Assembly: GCA_030390025.1 (NCBI GenBank)
Contig: CM059432.1
Span: forward strand, 33,482,001-33,546,000
Source: Squalus acanthias
Lineage: Eukaryota
Reading direction: 5' to 3'
Length of the DNA stretch: 64,000 bases
Within the stretch, counting starts at the first letter, position 1; every line of letters starts with the position of its first letter. A program made the translations under genes and the position numbers. Of this stretch, positions 61,952-64,000 are shown in pieces. The notes below the pieces were generated by a model. The model was given only the letters and a program-made list of their open reading frames with translations. It ran no database searches and was not told the DNA's origin.

Positions 61952-62583
61952 GGGGTTGATTTTAACCTGCAGGCAGGTGGATGGTGTGGCAAGTGCGAAA
62001 TGCAACCACAGGCCTAAGTTTGAGCCCTGGAGTATTGTAACTCCTGTGCCTCGTATGTGTGCCAAATGGACGGAAAGCAGCAGCTGGCCATTGGACCAGT
62101 GGTTACCAGCTGTTACCAAGGGAATACTCTCCAGCAAGCAAGTGAGTAACAGGGAGGACATTTCAGGAGGGTTTCATGGGACGGAAGGGAGGGAAGTCTG
62201 AGCCAGGGGAGGCCATGACCTTCCTGCTCCTCCTGGCTGCACAAAGGAAAGCTTGTTACTTACCATGGAGGGCCTCTTCATCCTTCCCGAAATGCCAGCC
62301 TGCCCTCACCTAGTAGGATAGCCATGGAAGCTTTCGCGCTCAGGCTTGGGTTAAAGTGCAATCGGGGTCCCATTGACGTGATAGGCCCCTGATATGAATA
62401 AATTCACAAGGCTCCCACCTGCTTATGGCGGGCGCCTCATCCCCCTCATCCCCATAACCGCAGTAAGCAGTTAAAATGGTGGCCAGCGTGATTCTAGCGG
62501 GAACAAGGAAGTACCTCTCAATGCTTCATTTTAAAAGCCCCCCTCTCTGTTCCTTTCAGGTGGGCTGGGTTAAAGGTGACTCC
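61952..62583. mobile_element. Harbinger-type MITE, degenerate
   Basis: Left end GGGGTTGATTTTAACC; internal CCTGCTCCTCCTGGC and CTTACC motifs; weak right TIR. Confidence 0.55.
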
Positions 62584-62699
62584 AAAATATACAGCACCGA
62601 TTTTTGGAAAGAATGCTATCCCTTCAATTACACCATTAATAAAAGAGAGAAAGAACTTGTGCTTTTCATTACCTCAGAAGATTGTGATAATGACCAGAT

Positions 62700-63042
62700 C
62701 AGGTGGACGTAAATGATCTCATGGCACTATTTCAAAGAGCAGGGTAGTTCTCCTCGGTGTCCTGGCTAATTTATTTGGGCAACAAATGCTGGCCTTGCCA
62801 GCAACACCCAAATCCCATGAATGAATTTCAAAAAAAATTCCTCAACCAATACCACTAAAACAGATTATCTGATCATTCTCTAATTGCTTTTTGTGGGACC
62901 TTGCTGTGTGCCTATTGGCTGCCACGTTTCCCTACATTACAACAGTGACTACACTTCCAAGTAATTCATTGGCTGTAAAGTGCTTTGGGACGTCCTGAGG
63001 TTGTGAAAGGCGCTATATAAATGCAAGGTCTTTCTTTCTTTC
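62700..63042 (+). mobile_element. DeuSINE family A with a short family-B/LINE tail inserted (~62773-62837)
   Basis: Deu core and tail; insert GGGCAACAAATGCTGGCCTTGCCAGC..GAATTTCAAAAAAAA. Confidence 0.75.
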
Positions 63043-63339
63043 CCCTAACATCACTCAGCCATGATTGTCATAAGTATGGCAAAAGCTCTGGTGAGATCCT
63101 ATGCTTTTCTACATTCACTGACAGGGTGTAGTTTGATTTTCTGCATGAGTACCACAATTTTGCGTAAAAGATTCCTAGATCTAGCGTAAATCCTGGTTTC
63201 TGAGTTGGACCTGAGCCATAAGAGACCACTCACGCTGGTCATAAGGGCCACCTCCAGAATGAAAGAGTGGCAACTGCAGGTGGTGCATGCACCTTGTTCT
63301 CTTCTTGACTTTACATTTGACAGCATAAATGAGTTACAT

Positions 63340-63745
63340 AGTTAGTTCAAGTCTCCTGTGCCTAGTAGCACATGAGGCAACCCATTTCTTCCATTGCTGT
63401 CTATCACTGTCAAGTTATTTGACTTCGATCAGAGTTCCACCTTGCCTTACGTCCAGCAGATTGTGGTTCTCCACAGTCGATGTTTATATTTTCCAGTCTA
63501 TAACAGACTCGTCCTGTCTCTGGGTTGTTTCCGTAATGAAAGGCATTTTTACGTAGACAGGTTGTTAGCCTGGCTCACAAGCACCTACCAGGAGGGCCGT
63601 GGACTGCCTTTAGTCTGGCTCCTACCTTTTGACCTGTCTGGCTTGGGTGGTCCTACCAGAAGCAATACTCCTACCAGCATGGCTCCCAGGGTCGTAAGAG
63701 CATGCAAGCCTTCTCGCCACATCAAGGTGCAATCCCTAGGGAAGG
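63340..63745. mobile_element. Probable old RTE-type element ends (UTR remnants)
   Basis: CCTTTTGACCTGTCTGGCTTGGGTGGTCCTACCAG..GCAAGCC resembles RTE-type 5'UTRs by recollection only; no coding evidence. Confidence 0.35.
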
Positions 63746-64000
63746 GTAAAATAAGAGAACCACCCCTCAGCTACCTCTTGTCGGTAAACGTAGAAATTCA
63801 CAGGATCTCACCAAATCATTTACCATATATTAACAAAATGATTTTCTCTGGTAAAACTCATTTGAAACCATGAGAAAGGGCACTCAGCGAACACAGGCAC
63901 TTTCTTCTGCTCACTCACTGACTGAGCAGCATGTGCTGATGGGATGCTGGAATGTGATGTGTACGGAGTTCCAGCAGACAGCTGGCCTCTACACACGGAA

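Overview
Non-prokaryotic, TE-saturated vertebrate DNA. The repeat complement (CR1 LINEs with octamer tails, Deu-domain tRNA SINEs, an HE1/V-SINE-like fragment, L2, RTE, Penelope remnants) points to a cartilaginous fish (inference). I can support no host protein-coding gene: almost all long ORFs are broken LINE ORF1/ORF2 pieces, their antisense frames, or tandem repeats. The main structures are (1) a near-full-length CR1 at 467-7050 split by three nested insertions; (2) a multi-layer nest at ~10950-18130; (3) a dense set of GC-rich non-autonomous PIF/Harbinger-type elements (GGG..ATTTT TIRs, 3-bp TSDs, one with a Myb/SANT relic). These elements show a shared flanking target motif, and two divergent copies sit at the same nucleotide of two separate CR1 copies. 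Also present: (4) a near-perfect 321-bp palindrome, a Penelope hairpin with a hammerhead-like core, a twin-primed RTE and a locally templated inverted insertion; (5) several minisatellites; (6) a few TE-free islands, one with a CCAAT/E-box/TATA arrangement. Coordinates were read by eye; TSD/TIR positions should be close to exact, diffuse repeat boundaries are approximate, and identity figures are visual estimates.
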